Below are positions 23,872 through 37,139 of a DNA stretch of 64,000 bases, in pieces. The notes beneath the pieces were generated by a model. The model was not told the origin of the DNA, searched no databases, and saw only the letters and a program-made list of their open reading frames with translations. The DNA comes from Eledone cirrhosa (taxonomy: Eukaryota). A program made the translations under genes and the position numbers. The stretch lies in contig OZ024743.1 in assembly GCA_964016885.1 (NCBI GenBank), positions 153,884,001-153,948,000 of the forward strand, in the 5' to 3' direction. How positions within the stretch are numbered: position 1 is the first letter of the stretch; the number at the start of each line of letters is the position of its first letter.

Positions 23872-26800
23872 ATGACCTCACTCAGAATAGGCAGCATAAA
23901 TGCGCGTGGCTTGGGGTCGTCATGGAAGCAGAGCCACCTGCTCAACGACCTCAGGTCACTAAACATAGATGTAGTGGCCCTCAGCGAGACCAGAATCTCC
24001 GAAGCACGGGCCTTCGCACCGATCTTCGGCGGCTACGATGTGTACGCATCTCCCAGCCGTCCTGGTTCGGGGGGACGATTTGCTGTGCATTTTCGAAGAG
24101 GTTTGGATCTCGCCATATAGGCCATCTTCCTGGATCCAGAGGGTAAGATGGTGGTGCTGGACGTGACCAGCGGAGACGGGCAAGCTTTCAGGCTAGTGGT
24201 CGTTTATGCCCCGATAGGAGCAGGGCGGCCTGATTTCTTCCGGCGTCTGGAGACCTTGCTTGGAACATCCCGCTCTTTAGTCTTAGTAGGCGACTGGAAC
24301 GGGATCTTAGATGCACGCTGGCACTGTGTGGGATTAGCGGATAGGGGAGGTAGTTGCACGAGTCTCACCAACCTGTTCTGGATGACCATATGCGATTTGG
24401 GCAAATCGCATATGGTCATCCAGATCATATCTAGATAGAGTATTTTGTAGGGAAATAGATAGGTCTACTATAAGCTGTCTACAAATGAAGATAGTTAGCT
24501 ACACGGACCACAATTTCGTGATCTGTGTGCTTGACTTAGATAGGCTTCATAGACGAGGACCCGTTACTGGATGCTAAACGCGTCCTTAGCACCGCGCAAG
24601 GCCTACAGACACCGGATTAGCGAACAAGTTAAGCGGACGTTGAAGGGGGCCATCGTCAACAACAAGTGGTGGTTTGCTCTGAAAAGAACGATTGGAATAG
24701 AGTCTATTAGGTTTAGTATGGCTTTAGCAATAGAGAAAAATAGAGCAGAGGGAGAATTAGTTAGAAAATTAGACGAGGCGCTTAGCAAAGGCATCGCGAC
24801 CGACGTATTTGCGGCGAAATTGGCCCTTGACAAATTCTTCAATGCAAAGCACGAAGGCTGCGTTGTCAGAGCTAGGGTGCGTGCTCTCAGACACGAGGGA
24901 ACGAATGCTGTTCAATGGGCCCGAGTGGCGGAGGCGCGTCGTGGCAACAAAGGCACGATCCGGTCTTTGGTGGACCACGACGGGCGCATGCTACTCGATC
25001 CCGGGAAAATGTGTGAAGCTTTTCAGCGACACTTCCCTCAGTTGTTCGGTGGAAGCAGCGGGCCGGATCGAGGGATGGACTTTAGTGTCCACCTCGACGG
25101 ACTGCTGCGGCTCTCGGACACTGAGGCAGAGTGTTGCCCTATGAACTTTACGTACATATGCCAGACTTGTTCGGAGGCCTCTTGGCGGACGTCTACTGCA
25201 ACTGGCAACAGAACGAGAGAATTACAAGCTCTGTGAGCCGAGGTGCTGTGGCGCTGTTGAGAAAGGATCCGAACAAGGGGGATAACATAGATAATTTTAG
25301 GCCCATAACTCTGCTAAACACAGAGTTCAAGATTTTGGCCAAGGTGCTAGCAAAGAGGTTGGCGCTTGTCGTTGGTGGTCTGGTGGGAGAGGCGCAGACA
25401 TGCGCCATTCCCGACAGATCCATCCACGACAACCTCTACCTCATGCGATACATCGTAGAGAGGGTAGCTAGGGAACCTGGCACGGGTGGGTCATTGATCA
25501 ATTTAGATCAGTCGAAAGCCTTCGATAGGGTCGACCATCGTTACCTAGCGGCAGTCCTGAGGGCGGCTGGCTTTGGGCCCGTCTTCAGAGGTTGGATCGC
25601 TACCATGCACAGCGACATCTGCTCTGTGGTGAGAGTGAACGGTCCCCTTTCGGAACCGATCATGCGCTCGGTCCGTCAAGGATGTCCCCTCTCGTCCCTC
25701 CTGTACGTATTGACTCTGGACAAACTGGAGACGTTGAGGAGGGTCCCGCGCATATGCGGACGATGTCACCGTAGTGGTGTCGAAGGCAAAACACATCGAG
25801 GCAATCGGTACTACACTAAGAGAATACGAAGCGGTGACAGGAGCATTGATCAACCAGGAAAAGTCAGTGGGCCTGCAGGTCAGCACCTGGAGAGGCAGGT
25901 CCATGCCGTCCAACAGCGTAGTCGGGCGCTGGACGGACGGACCAGTTAAATTGCTAGGGGTCTGGTTCGGTCCGGATCTCCAGACGGACAAAAACTGGGA
26001 CGAAGTGACGAGCAGGGTGGCCTTTCTCACCCAGAAATGGGCCGAGAGGAAGCTATCACTGAATGGTCGAGCGGAGGTGTCTAACGCGTATATCGCGTCC
26101 GTCATCTACTACCGCCTGACCGTCGTACCTTGTCCTAAGCCCCGCCTGACTGCGCTGGAGCGTTTGCTCTTTCGTTTTTTTGTGGAAGAGACGCGCTCCG
26201 ATGGTCAGGCGGTCCATCTGCTGACAACACCCGCTACGTGGAAGGCTGGGAATGCCGTGGCTGATGATGCGCAGACACGCGCTCAGGCTACGACATCTCC
26301 ACCTCTTCCTCGACGGTGATCAGATGTGGTCTCCGTTTGCTAGACGCGTCTTTTACCAGCCCGTCTCCTTGACGGAGCTGCAGTCCTGGGTCAAGCGAAG
26401 ACCGAGAGAGAGCGCTTGGTGACTGGAATGTCTTCAGGCGCTCACAGCCCTCTACCAATCGAGCAATGTGAACGGTGGAAACTCCACCTTGGCGTTCTAT
26501 AGAGGATTAGTGGAGGGGAAGAGCGACGACGTACTTGGGGAAACTCTAGGCGTCGACGAAAATCAACTAGCCAATCTCTTCGGAAGAACTTTCGGGCCGG
26601 GGCCTATGGACAACTTCCAGAAATCCCAGGCCTTGCAGTGCTACCGAGGAGCTTTGCCAGTTCGGGATAAACTCTACAGGCATGGAGGTGCCGTCAGCTG
26701 AAACCGTCCTGCACGCACTCATCCAGTGTCCGAGCATTGCTGACTTGTGGGTTTATCTCGAACACCTGCTGTCGCGTGTGGGACGGATCCAGCTATCAGC

Positions 26801-27092
26801 TGAGTCCATCGTGAGGATTGCCCCGCCCTCTTCCTTTAGCCGGGAAGGGCAGGCAGTTTTTATCTGTCTGGTGGCCATGGCGAAAGAGATAGTATGGTGG
26901 ACACGTTTGAAAGGGCTGAAGACGAGCACTTACCTCTTCGGTGATGCCCTGATTAACTTTTTCAAATTTCATTTGAAAAGGAAAATCAGGGTAGAAAGGG
27001 AAGTGCTCTCTTCCCAGCATTTTGTTGAAAGATGGGTGAGAGAGGAAAGAAAGGCCCGAGTGAATGGGCCTACTCTGAGTATGTGTCTGTAA
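23872..27092 (+). pseudogene. Tx1 ORF2 (APE endonuclease-RT), disrupted
   Basis: SINARGL, LSETR, VYAP, GDWN, YWMLNAS, FRPITLLNTEFKILAK, LDQSKAFDRVDH, VRQGCPLS, ETVLHALIQCP. Confidence 0.92.
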
Positions 27093-27340
27093 ATTAAAGG
27101 TGGAAAACTGGGAGAGGGCACTTGCCCTGGTGGTCAGGGTCACTGTGGCTTTTTAATGGGTTTCTCCACGAATGTCCCTCGGAAGTCTTCCCCCTATTGG
27201 GGAATTTTTTCATTGTTCTATTATTACATCCTCTGTTTCTTGTTTTTTACACGCAGAAATGCCAATTTGTACCGTCCTGTATTGTCCTGTAGTGTCCTTA
27301 ATGTCTACTTTATGTAAACCCTTGTGGTTAATAAAGAAAA

Positions 27341-27342
<2 letters not shown>

Positions 27343-27390
<48 letters not shown>
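27343..27390. repeat. (TTA)n microsatellite / Tx1 tail
   Basis: Direct reading. Confidence 0.96.
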
Positions 27391-27398
<8 letters not shown>

Positions 27399-28171
27399 TG
27401 TATATATATATAATTTTATTGTCTACCTATAGTAAATAGGAGAATCTTTTACTGAGTTATCTATTAAACCCAAGCAGATCCACTTAATAGAGTTTCCGTT
27501 ATTTAATCAAATCTTAGAGAGATGGCTTGGTCATCTGTTAACTTAGTTTATTTAACTCTAGATATAGATATGTGGGTTTTAATTCCATCAATTCTCTCCC
27601 ATTCCCCATTCAACTGTTAAAATGGTGTAAGTGGATTATGGAGAAAGACAGAATTCGAAAATTTAACATAACTCACAAAAAAATGTTTTTCTGCTTATTT
27701 TCTTTTGATTCCTATTATGATGAATGTTCTATACTTAAGGTAAAAAGTGACTAATCATTAAGATATATTTGTTGTATCACTATGAAGATGGTAATCTTTA
27801 ATATATAATTCACTAAAAGATTTTCTTATTCACATTTAACTGAGCATATTCTCAGACCAGTCTATAATAAGCAGACAAAAAAAATGGTATATATATAGAG
27901 AGAGAGAATAAGGAAATACAAAGTTTAGATGATAAAGTCCTTTATTGATAAGGGCGTGATATATATTTCAAAGACGACAATGCAGCGTAGAAGCGTTACA
28001 CAATAAAGCGTAGAAGCTAGTGCCATGCTCCCTTCAGATAGCGTCTTACATAATAAAGTTACAATGAAGGAAGTAATCCGAAATTGAAGTTTAATACTTT
28101 TGTGTATATATATATATATATGGCGGGGTATATATGTATGTATGTTTTATTATTTCATAAATTTTCACCAT

Positions 28172-28172
<1 letters not shown>

Positions 28173-28240
<68 letters not shown>
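28173..28240. repeat. (GA)n microsatellite
   Basis: Direct reading. Confidence 0.96.
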
Positions 28241-28243
<3 letters not shown>

Positions 28244-28559
28244 TGGTTTCTAACATAGATACACGTCTATTTCTTTGGGATTTAGACATCCACTAGCTGA
28301 ATACATATGGTTGTCTGTATGTTTGTGTTTGTGTTTTTTTTCGTTTTTTTTGTGTGTGTGTGTGTGTGAGAGAGAGTGAGACAGAGTAGGTTTGTGTGCA
28401 GGTATGCATGTTATTGTATGTGAGTTACTGTATGTTTTGAGTTATATGTGTACATGTAGATATGTTTCCACCTATATAAGTGTATATGCCGTTATTACAT
28501 ACAGAATTTCTTATATGTTTTAATTATTTTTAGAGTTTCATTAATGGACTGTACTTGAA

Positions 28560-30340
28560 TCTTCCTAACTGGAAATGCTCATTCAGAATCTGTGAAGCGC
28601 AGCTTCTTAATATTCGTACTGAGGTAGTTAGTAATGTATCCAACAGCCCCAGTGATCACAGGTACACATTTAAATATATAGTCAGGGTAGTCTATCTGCA
28701 GATTACTAATTTGTTCAGTCTGCATTTTCTTCTGCAGAATGTAGTACAGGCCACACAAAAGTACAGATCAGAGGAAAAGTGAGGGCAGCAGGTGAACAAG
28801 CGCCAAAACGTATAGATGTGTCAAAACTGCAAAGTTCAGAAATGCAAGATGTTCTTCATAAAGCACATGAAAACATCGTCTTTCATAGAATTTGTGAACA
28901 GTTTAAAACACAGGTTTACAGTGCTAGGGTTGATGTACGCTCTTTTAAGAAGACAAAACACTGATATTCATTTCATGATAATGATGCTATAATCACCATG
29001 CTCATTAAAGATACAAACAAGCTGTATGAAAAGGGCCTTGTGCAGGGTGTCCAATGCGGGCCACTTTTGAGAAGGCTTTCAAAGATGTAAACTGAAACTG
29101 CAATGTATACCTTAAAAGGTGAAGAGCAGCTGATGGTCTGAAGTTTCAGCAATGATGCAGAGAGCTTGAAGGTATCATACAGCACACCAAAGCAAGATTT
29201 GGGCCCACAACTCTAAAAAGTGACACAATTGAAATCTAAAGATCGGAACATCTTCATCGAAGATCAAGCAAGAATCATGAGTCAGTGGACTGAACAGTTT
29301 AAATATCTGTTTCATCCCACATCTATAGTTGATAAATAAATTATTAATCGACTGCTGCAAAAGGAGATTGTGAGAGAGATGATAAATCATCCAATTATTG
29401 ATGAGTTAAGCTCTACTATAAAAGAGATAGGCACAGGAAAGCTCCAGGTTTCGATGGAAGACATGGTGAGCTGATCTACTTTGGAGGAGACCATATCGTC
29501 ACGGCCATTCATAGGCTAGTTTTATCTATATGGCATGGTGGGCCTGTCCTGCAGGTAAATGCAATTTTGATGTTGATTTACAAGGGCAAGGGCTCCAAGT
29601 ATCACTATTGTGGTACCAGTCTGCTTGAATCAGTAGGAAATGTATTATCCAAAGGCCTGCTGAAGTGTCTAATATGATATGTTTGCTCTGGTGCCATCCC
29701 TGAGACACCGTGTGGATTCAGAACTGGATGGGATACCATGGACATGATGATCTCAGCCCGCCAGCTTATGGAAAAGTGTATTGAGCAGGGTGTGCCAATA
29801 TACCAAGTGTTTGTGGACCTTAGTAAAGCCTTCAATACTGTTAATTGTAGTGCATTGTGGGTCATATTGGGGAAAGCTGGATGACCTCCTTAATTTATTG
29901 GAATATTAAAATATCTCCATCAAGATATGGTGGCAAATGTGAACTTCAATGGGTCACTTTTAAAACCAATTTCAGTGGGAAATGGTGACAAACAGAGTGA
30001 CATAACTGCATCCACTCTGTTCTCCATCTATTTCACTGTGCCTAAAGAGTTATTTTATGGGGAGATGACTTGAGGAAGAAGACCACACCCTCCATAATAC
30101 ATTTGCAATGAGTGTGGCTTAATTTACAAGTCAGTTTCTGAACTGACCAGATATGGTAGAATGCCTGAAAACACCCAGCCAGTAATGCCAGGGGACTGAC
30201 AGTTCAACTTTCACACTTGTGATTGTGCTTGCAAAATAAAAGCTGTTCTAAAAAGTCAACTGCATGCACATGATTGTGCAATGTTCAATGAATGTATGGC
30301 ACTCTTCTGACAAGAAGTGGCATTCAACATGTATGTATAT
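28560..30340 (+). mobile_element. Old RTE (BovB-like) LINE, heavily degraded
   Basis: PKRIDVSKLQ, GKAPGFDG, PETPCGFR..TMDMMISARQLMEKCIEQ..FVDLSKAFNTV; C2H2-like C-terminal remnants; 3' hairpin CTTCT-GACA-AGAAG then ATGT tail. Confidence 0.82.
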
Positions 30341-30344
30341 GTAT

Positions 30345-30665
30345 TGTTCTTCTTTTTGGTAAATATCATCTTGGTTAAGAGAGTGGGACTGGCTTTGTGC
30401 AGCGCCTTTGCTCACTATAAAAGCTTCACGGCACAGTCATTGCTTTATATCTGGAGATATCTCTGCACTTGTCGTCACATGGTACCATGGGCCCAACACT
30501 ATGTGTCAATAATTGTCACAGGTGTAGTGTTTGTACCAAAGTGTTCAAGTCTATGGCTGGACTAAAAAGTCACACTTGTTCCACGCATCGGTAGGGGTTC
30601 TCCTACATGGATATAGGGTAGCGGCCGTACTCGAAAACGAGTTGGCAGCCACCATGTATATGTAT
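30345..30665 (+). mobile_element. Bipartite RTE-derived element, 5'-truncated copy with intact C2H2 micro-ORF (30487-30594)
   Basis: Highly similar to 14720-15035. Confidence 0.82.
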
Positions 30666-30714
30666 ATGTGTATATACATGGGTGCATGTGTATGTATATG
30701 CGCAGGTACATAGA

Positions 30715-31110
30715 AATAGTCGGGCTGGACATCCGATCGCGAAGTTAAATGACTGGGAGTGAAGGACCCCTAGCTTTGTCAGGGCATTCTTCTAGGAGAA
30801 GGCAACTCAGGAAACTGGGATAACTCCGATGTAAAACCTGCGGCTCAGTAGTTACCGATGATGTTGATCTTTTCTTCTTTTCGGATTATAGCTACTGTCG
30901 TTCAGACTGTAGGATTTGCTCAGTGCACAGTTTTTCCTCACTTTAAAATATATCTTCACACACAGGCATTGCACGATAGAATTAATTAATAATTATTACT
31001 AATGCTATATTGTGTAATGGCCATACTCGATAATGAGGGGGCAGCTATCATGTATGTATGTATGCATGCATGTATGGATGTATGTGTGTATGTATGTATG
31101 TATGTATGTA
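30715..31110 (+). mobile_element. Diverged relative of the bipartite RTE-derived element
   Basis: CTAGGAGAAGGCAACTC, GATGTTGATCTTTTCTTC, CATACTCGATAATGAG..GCAGC, (ATGT)n tail. Confidence 0.65.
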
Positions 31111-31129
31111 TAGGTATCAATATAAAGAG

Positions 31130-31670
31130 CATATTTGAATGCTATTACATCAATGCCATGTGAGAGAAGCCATTAGTTATTAGCTGATATACTAGTGTCC
31201 TAAACTTCTTCCAGCTCATTCTTACACTAGCTACTAGACCTATTGTTGATTATGTCACCTAAGCAACAGAAGCTGTCCTCAAATTCTAGTGAGCCACCCA
31301 CGTAATTAAGGGGTCCATTTAACATGAGATTTTACCACTTATTTCTCCTGTACATCTGCTGCATACAATGTCTGCCTTCTCTGTTAACTTCCCTCTAATC
31401 TCACTACATGACATATGGGTCCATAGATTTCAATGTTTGGACTTCATGAAATTTCTACCCACCACTTTGCAACATATCGTACATGATAATTTCTTTGATG
31501 TTATCAGTCTCACCTTGTGCCTGCTTATCAAGTCTTTAGTCTTTGTTATGTTTACTTTCAGGTCTACTGATTTTTTATTGTATTTTTCCAAGTCTTGAAA
31601 TTCACCCCTAACTTTTCAGGGTCCCATGAATCGCTTGACTTATACTCTTCTGTTATGACATAAACAATAA
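31130..31670 (-). mobile_element. RTE LINE fragment, degraded
   Basis: Reverse-strand VNITKTKDL, FCCLGD, RMSWKKFR remnants. Confidence 0.65.
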
Positions 31671-31734
31671 TGATAAACAGTGAAATAATCAATGAGGATG
31701 TTAGTGATCAAACGAAAACATAATAAGGGCTACT

Positions 31735-31775
31735 GAAATAATGATTTCATTTATTGTCCACAAGGGCCGAAGGGG
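31735..31775 (-). mobile_element. Very short Tx1 3'-end fragment
   Basis: Reverse complement CGGCCCCTTGTGGACAATAAATGAAATCATTATT matches the Tx1 3' ends at 27318-27345 and 61400-61428. Confidence 0.6.
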
Positions 31776-31844
31776 CTACTAAAATAATAAACAATGATCG
31801 TTTTTAAATATTTATATAGAAATGAATTATCCTCTATTATTATT

Positions 31845-31960
31845 TCAAACCCCCCTGAGGTTAACTTTGCCTTTCATCCATACGGGGTCGATAAAATAAA
31901 GTACCAGTAATGTACTGGATAAATGCTGGGCTTGTGCCAAAAGTAGAAACAATTATTATT
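31845..31960 (+). mobile_element. SINE family A, 5'-truncated
   Basis: CTTTGCCTTTCATCC..GGGGTCGATAAAATAAAGTACCAG..AGAAACAATTATTA. Confidence 0.85.
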
Positions 31961-32311
31961 AATTATAAGGCTATTAATAAGATTGTATAAAACTTTGTTT
32001 CCTAAAGAATCTAATCTTTAAAATATCTTAGAGTAAATATAAGTTATGTCTTTAATGTCTTTCATAACATGCTGTAAAATATTAGCTTTTTCAGTTATTC
32101 TTTAAATGGTATCTTACAAATTGGATTAGTTTGTCTGCAGAAACAAATTTCCATTTCAATGAGATTTTATTGATAACATTCTCTAATTTTACATAAAAGC
32201 TGTTTGTCAGAAAAAAGAACATATGTGCAAAGTAATTTGGGTCTGATGCCCTCTGGAACAAAACAAAAAATGACATATATATACATATATAAACAGATAC
32301 ATTCACACACA

Positions 32312-32321
32312 TCTCTCTCTT

Positions 32322-32417
<96 letters not shown>
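32312..32417. repeat. (TC)n(TA)n compound microsatellite
   Basis: Direct reading. Confidence 0.95.
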
Positions 32418-32420
<3 letters not shown>

Positions 32421-32481
32421 GAAAAAACGTGGAAGTTTCGTTTACATATGAAAACTATTTATTTCGTATCGACCTGTACTA

Positions 32482-33168
32482 TCATCATCATCATCATCAT
32501 CATTATTTTCATACACTTTTTCTGCTTGCAAGGGTGGGATGGGTCCTATTCAGCACACCATCTCTCCACTTGTCATGGTTCTTCGTCATCTCCACTGTGA
32601 GATTCAGCGATCTGAGGTCTGCTCTCACCACCTCCGCCCATGTTTTTCCTGGTCTACCTCTACTACGCCTTCCTTCAAATGGCATTTCCTGGCACTTCTT
32701 CACCCATCGTTCATCCTCCATGCGCATCACATGTCCATACCATCGCAGTCTCCTCTCCCGCACACTACAATCTATCCCTCTCAGACACAGTTTCTCTCTC
32801 AACTCATCCATGCTTGGTCATTCACGCACATTGACATTGCACATCCAACGGGGCATGTTTGCCTCATTTTCTCCAGCCGTCGCATATCCTCTGCAGTTGC
32901 TGCCCATGTCTCACTACCATGCAGCATCGGGCTTCTCACACAGGCATCATATAACCGGCCTTTTGTACGCAGGGAGAAACCCTTCTTCATCAGCAGAGGA
33001 AGCAGCTCCCTAAACTTCTTCCAACCCATCCTTATTCTAGATGCTATGGACTCGGAACTCCCCCCTCCCATGCTAATCTGATCACCTAGGTAGCGGAAGT
33101 TATCAACCACTTCTATAGCACCCACCTGCATTTGTGTAGTGCGTATATCAATGCGACTTCTACTGTCA
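32482..33168 (-). mobile_element. RTE LINE 3' fragment (same family as 18050-19592)
   Basis: FRYLGDQISMGGG, MLHGSETWA, RLRWYGHV, RGRPGKTW; (CAT)n tail on the + strand. Confidence 0.93.
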
Positions 33169-33184
33169 ATATATATATATATAT

Positions 33185-33390
33185 ATGAATGTATGTATAG
33201 TATGTTTGATAATATAATGTATGTTTAACTAAAAACATTTTGAAGACCATTTGCTATGAATTTTAAAGTAACGTCTATGTCACTTATGTATTCTCGGCAA
33301 AAGCAAAGGGGAGTGATCGACAGTCTTGTTTCTCACTTGTTAGCGGTTATCAACACTACTCACCCTTGGCTTTTGCTGAGAATTATTATG
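33185..33390 (-). mobile_element. Diverged solo copy of the foldback-2 arm with a decayed hammerhead
   Basis: Aligns by eye to 17240-17440. Reverse complement of 33315-33356 reads TTGATAA..GAAAC AAGACT GTC. Confidence 0.6.
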
Positions 33391-33417
33391 GTCATATATA
33401 TATACATACATATACAT

Positions 33418-34290
33418 TATCATCATCATCACCATCGATTTATGTCTGTTTTTCCACTCTTGCATAGGTTGGATGGTCTTCTCAGCCCAGCATCTCTCCA
33501 TTTGCCATGTCTCTTTGTCATTCCCTCTTTGAGTCTCAGTGATTTTGTGTCAGTGCTAAACACCTTTGCCCAGGCCTTTCTTGGTCTACCTTTACTGTGG
33601 CTTCCTTCCACTGGGATTTCCTGGTGCCTCTTCCCCCAGTAGTCATCATCCATGTCCATATCAATGCAATCTTCTCTCTTATACACCACTTAGGAGTCCT
33701 CTTAAACCCAACTTCTCCCACAGCTTGCACAAGCTCTTCCTTTCTCTCATATTTACATTTCACATCCAACAAAGCATGATGGTTTCATTTCTTTCCAGTA
33801 TACACATATCCTCTACAGTCACAAGCTATGTTCCACTACCATGCATCATCGCACTTCACCCACAGTCATCTTACATTCGTACATTCATACATAGGGAGAA
33901 AACTTTGTTGTCAACAATGGGAGAAGCTCTCTGAAATTCTTCCATCTTATCCTTATTTTAGCTATTATTCTTTTAAAGCACCCGCCTATGCTGCTCATTA
34001 AGTTACCCCATGGACCATTTATGTGACAATAAATTGTGTATCCCAGACGCTGTTCCCATAGATTAACCCCTGTGCATCTTATACATACAAAGTCTTCCCT
34101 TCCTGTTAGTCTATCCGTTATCCCACTACAACTCTTGTGTACCCAAGATTTACATTGTATACATCGTATGGAGTCTATGACGTCTTCTAAACATATTTAA
34201 TAGGGCCATTTTGATGAAGGAATCAGGGTCCTATCTTCTTTCCCTCTCACTAGCACATTAGTTTTGGTTATGTTTACTCTCAGACCTAAT
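33418..34290 (-). mobile_element. RTE LINE 3' fragment, older
   Basis: LRVNITKTNVLV, GRPRKAW; (CAT)n tail. Confidence 0.85.
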
Positions 34291-34789
34291 TCTTCTTCTT
34301 CCACCTCCATCACCAGCCCCCCCCTCCACCTCCACCTCCTCCTCCTCCTCCTCCTCCTCCTCCTTCTTCTCCAAGTGACACCAGCCAAGCTCATGGATGT
34401 TAACCAACCATCTTGCTCGGGTCTACACCAGGTTCTTCTGCCAATTGATTTTTGCCTGTAAAATCTGTCCAGTGATTCTTTCCTGAGACATTCTAACTAC
34501 ATGCCTATAGTAATCTAGCTGTGATCTCTCTTAATTGGAAGAACTAGCCACTCTACCTGGAGTAACTTTCTGATCTCTAAGTTTCATTACTCCAAAGACT
34601 CTTTGAAGAATACCATTTCAGACATTTGTATTTGCAATTGTATTCGTTTCATCTTTACCCAAGATTCAAACCTTTTGATTGCCAATTCTGCTTCCAACAT
34701 CGGAACTTATTTTCTAATTCTTTTACGGATTCAGTTATATAGGCAAAATCATGTGCATATAGAAATTCCCATGGACAGCCAGTTTTAAA

Positions 34790-35295
34790 CTCCCCTGTTA
34801 AACTCCTACCTATACCATGAATTCCTCACTGAACTCACTTCCTTCTCTCACTTTACTGACAGTTGCTCTGTACATTGCTTGCACTGCTCTCACAAGGCAT
34901 TTTTCTACACCTAATTTCCTATAGGACCACCAGATAATAAATAGATTGAGGCACTCTGTCAAAGACCTTTTGTAGATGAACAAAATCTAAACATAGAGGC
35001 TTAGTTTGGGCTAGGAACATCTCTTGTAGATGCCTCGCTAGAAAGAGAGCATATGTAGTAATTTTTCCAGTCATGAAACGAAACTGTATCTTGTTTAATT
35101 TGAATCTTTCCCTAATTAGCTGCACTATAACTCTTTCCCTCACTTTCATAACTTGGTCTGTTAGTTTAATTCCTCTATATCTGTCTCTTTCAAGACCATC
35201 ACCTTTGTCTTTGTAGCAATTTACAATTTTACTGTTGTACCTGTCATTGGGTAAGATTCCGTTTTGTATTACCTGATTGACTAATTCAACACAAA
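34790..35295 (-). mobile_element. RTE LINE RT fragment
   Basis: YRGIKLTDQVMKV..ARHLQE..DFVHLQKVFDRVP. Confidence 0.85.
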
Positions 35296-36990
35296 TTCTG
35301 CGTTCAGCTTGAACATTTTTCTTGTCTATATTTTTCATTTTCCATCCTGCTTTTATAGCTTCATCTTGTGCTGCTAATATAATTCCTTCCGTTTCTTTCT
35401 TAATGTAGCCTTTCTGTAGCCATAACGAAGTATTTTTTTTACCATGCACATTTCTTGCTTCCTTAAGTAACGCTGAATGCAGGGACTGTTCATAACATTC
35501 TTTTTTACGCTCCTCAAAAATGTCAGTCCTTGTGCTTTCTTGGTCTGCATGTTTCTCAAATAAGCTTTCTCACATAAAACCTTTTCTTCCTTAATTTTTA
35601 TGTAGAAATCCACACTACTTTCTTCTATTATGACAGCATCTTATACACTAAGAAATTTCCAACCCCACTATTTTTTCAATACAGCCTGTTTGCATCAGAC
35701 TATAACTACAAACTTCGATAAATAGTTAGCATTTTCTAGTTTTCTGATCAATTTCCTCCAACTCTACTTTTGTCCATTCCTCTATACCTGCCCCATACCT
35801 CATCCCTGAGGGAGCTCTGGCGTTTATTACTTGCACAATATTCTTCCTATTCAAACTGGACTTGAGGATCATCCTCAATGTTAGAAATTACTCTTTTCTA
35901 ACAATTTCTTTCATTTCTCATTTTCTTTTTTTACTTTATGATTTTGTAGCACACCTAGATATTTACCTGCTTTGTCCTTATCTAATAACTTGATTTTTCA
36001 CCATTTGGAAGTTCGATTCCATCACACCTTATCATATTTCCATGCTTAATCTTTATCATCCCATACTTTAAAATGCCAAACTCCAACCCAATTTCTTCGG
36101 AAATTATTCAGACTCTTTGCACTTCTGTATTATGACTGTATAGTTTTAAGTGTCCATAAAATATAAATTATTGATGTTGCTCCTATCTTTCCCAAGTCTG
36201 TATATGATTGGTAGGCTTTTAAGAACTGACAGTTGTATCATTGCAACAACAAACAAAATTGGTGATGAACTGTCTCCTTGGAAGATGTATGGCTTTATCT
36301 CCACCTAATCTACTCTTTCTCCAGCTGATGTCAGTTACACTTTCCATTTAGCTAACAATTTCTCTATAAGGCTCTTGATCTTATCTGATACCTTCAAAAT
36401 ATCCAATCAGTAAAGAATCCAAGAATATGGCACCAACCATATGCCTTTTTGTAGTCAATCCAAGCAAGGCATAGATTGCTGAGCCTATTTTTGAAGTTCT
36501 TCAATAACATTTTATTTCTCATTAGCTAGTTTTTCAATCCTTACTAATTATGCCTACATCCCTTCAGCTTATTGGGAAGCAGGTTTTCTCTATATATGTG
36601 TGTGTATACATTTCTTAAGATAATATTCCTGTTAGGAGGTTCCACATTAAGGGAAGGCATGTAATTGGTCTGAAATTCTGGTAATTCTCCAGAACTTAGG
36701 ACTCCTCTAACTCTAGTTATTATTTCATGTCAATTGCTGACATTTTTTAACCAATATCCATTTGCATGATCTGGCCCACTCGCTTTCAATGTTGGCATCT
36801 TTTGTAATTAGGTTTTCACTATCTCTTTTTTGTTTTTGTGATATTCTTGCTTCTGTACACCAGTTACCTGTTTCACAATTTTCTTTACCCAATATGTTTC
36901 ATCATTGTGCTGAACAGATTTGCTTCAAATGTTATTAAAAAAAGCAATACTTTCTTCTTCACCTGACCTTACAAAATTGTATCTTCTGGT
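35296..36990 (-). mobile_element. R4/Dong LINE, degraded internal part
   Basis: WLQKGYIKKETEGIILAAQD; reverse-strand LAWIDYKKA, IFQGDSSSP, FRPITCLP, KYLG. Confidence 0.85.
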
Positions 36991-37139
36991 TCACTCTATT
37001 TATAGTGGCTAACTGTATACAGCAAGTATATAGTAACAGTGTATACAGAAACGTCCAGTATTAAAATATTTGTTTCTACTTTAGGCACAAGGCCAGCAAT
37101 TACCCAGTGTTCGTATGCATTGCTTTCAAAGTGACAGTA

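Larger units (their letters stand above)
21623..27342 (+). mobile_element. Full-length Tx1-clade LINE, pseudogenised, flanked by (TTA)n on both sides
   Basis: 5'UTR, ORF1 with CCHC knuckle, ORF2 with APE, RT and C-terminal cysteine motif, AATAAA, TTA tail. Confidence 0.92.

Noticed and set aside
32204-33013. 269-aa plus-strand ORF, and similar ORFs such as 22898-23530 and 11920-12393
   Set aside because: Antisense shadows of LINE coding regions plus microsatellites.
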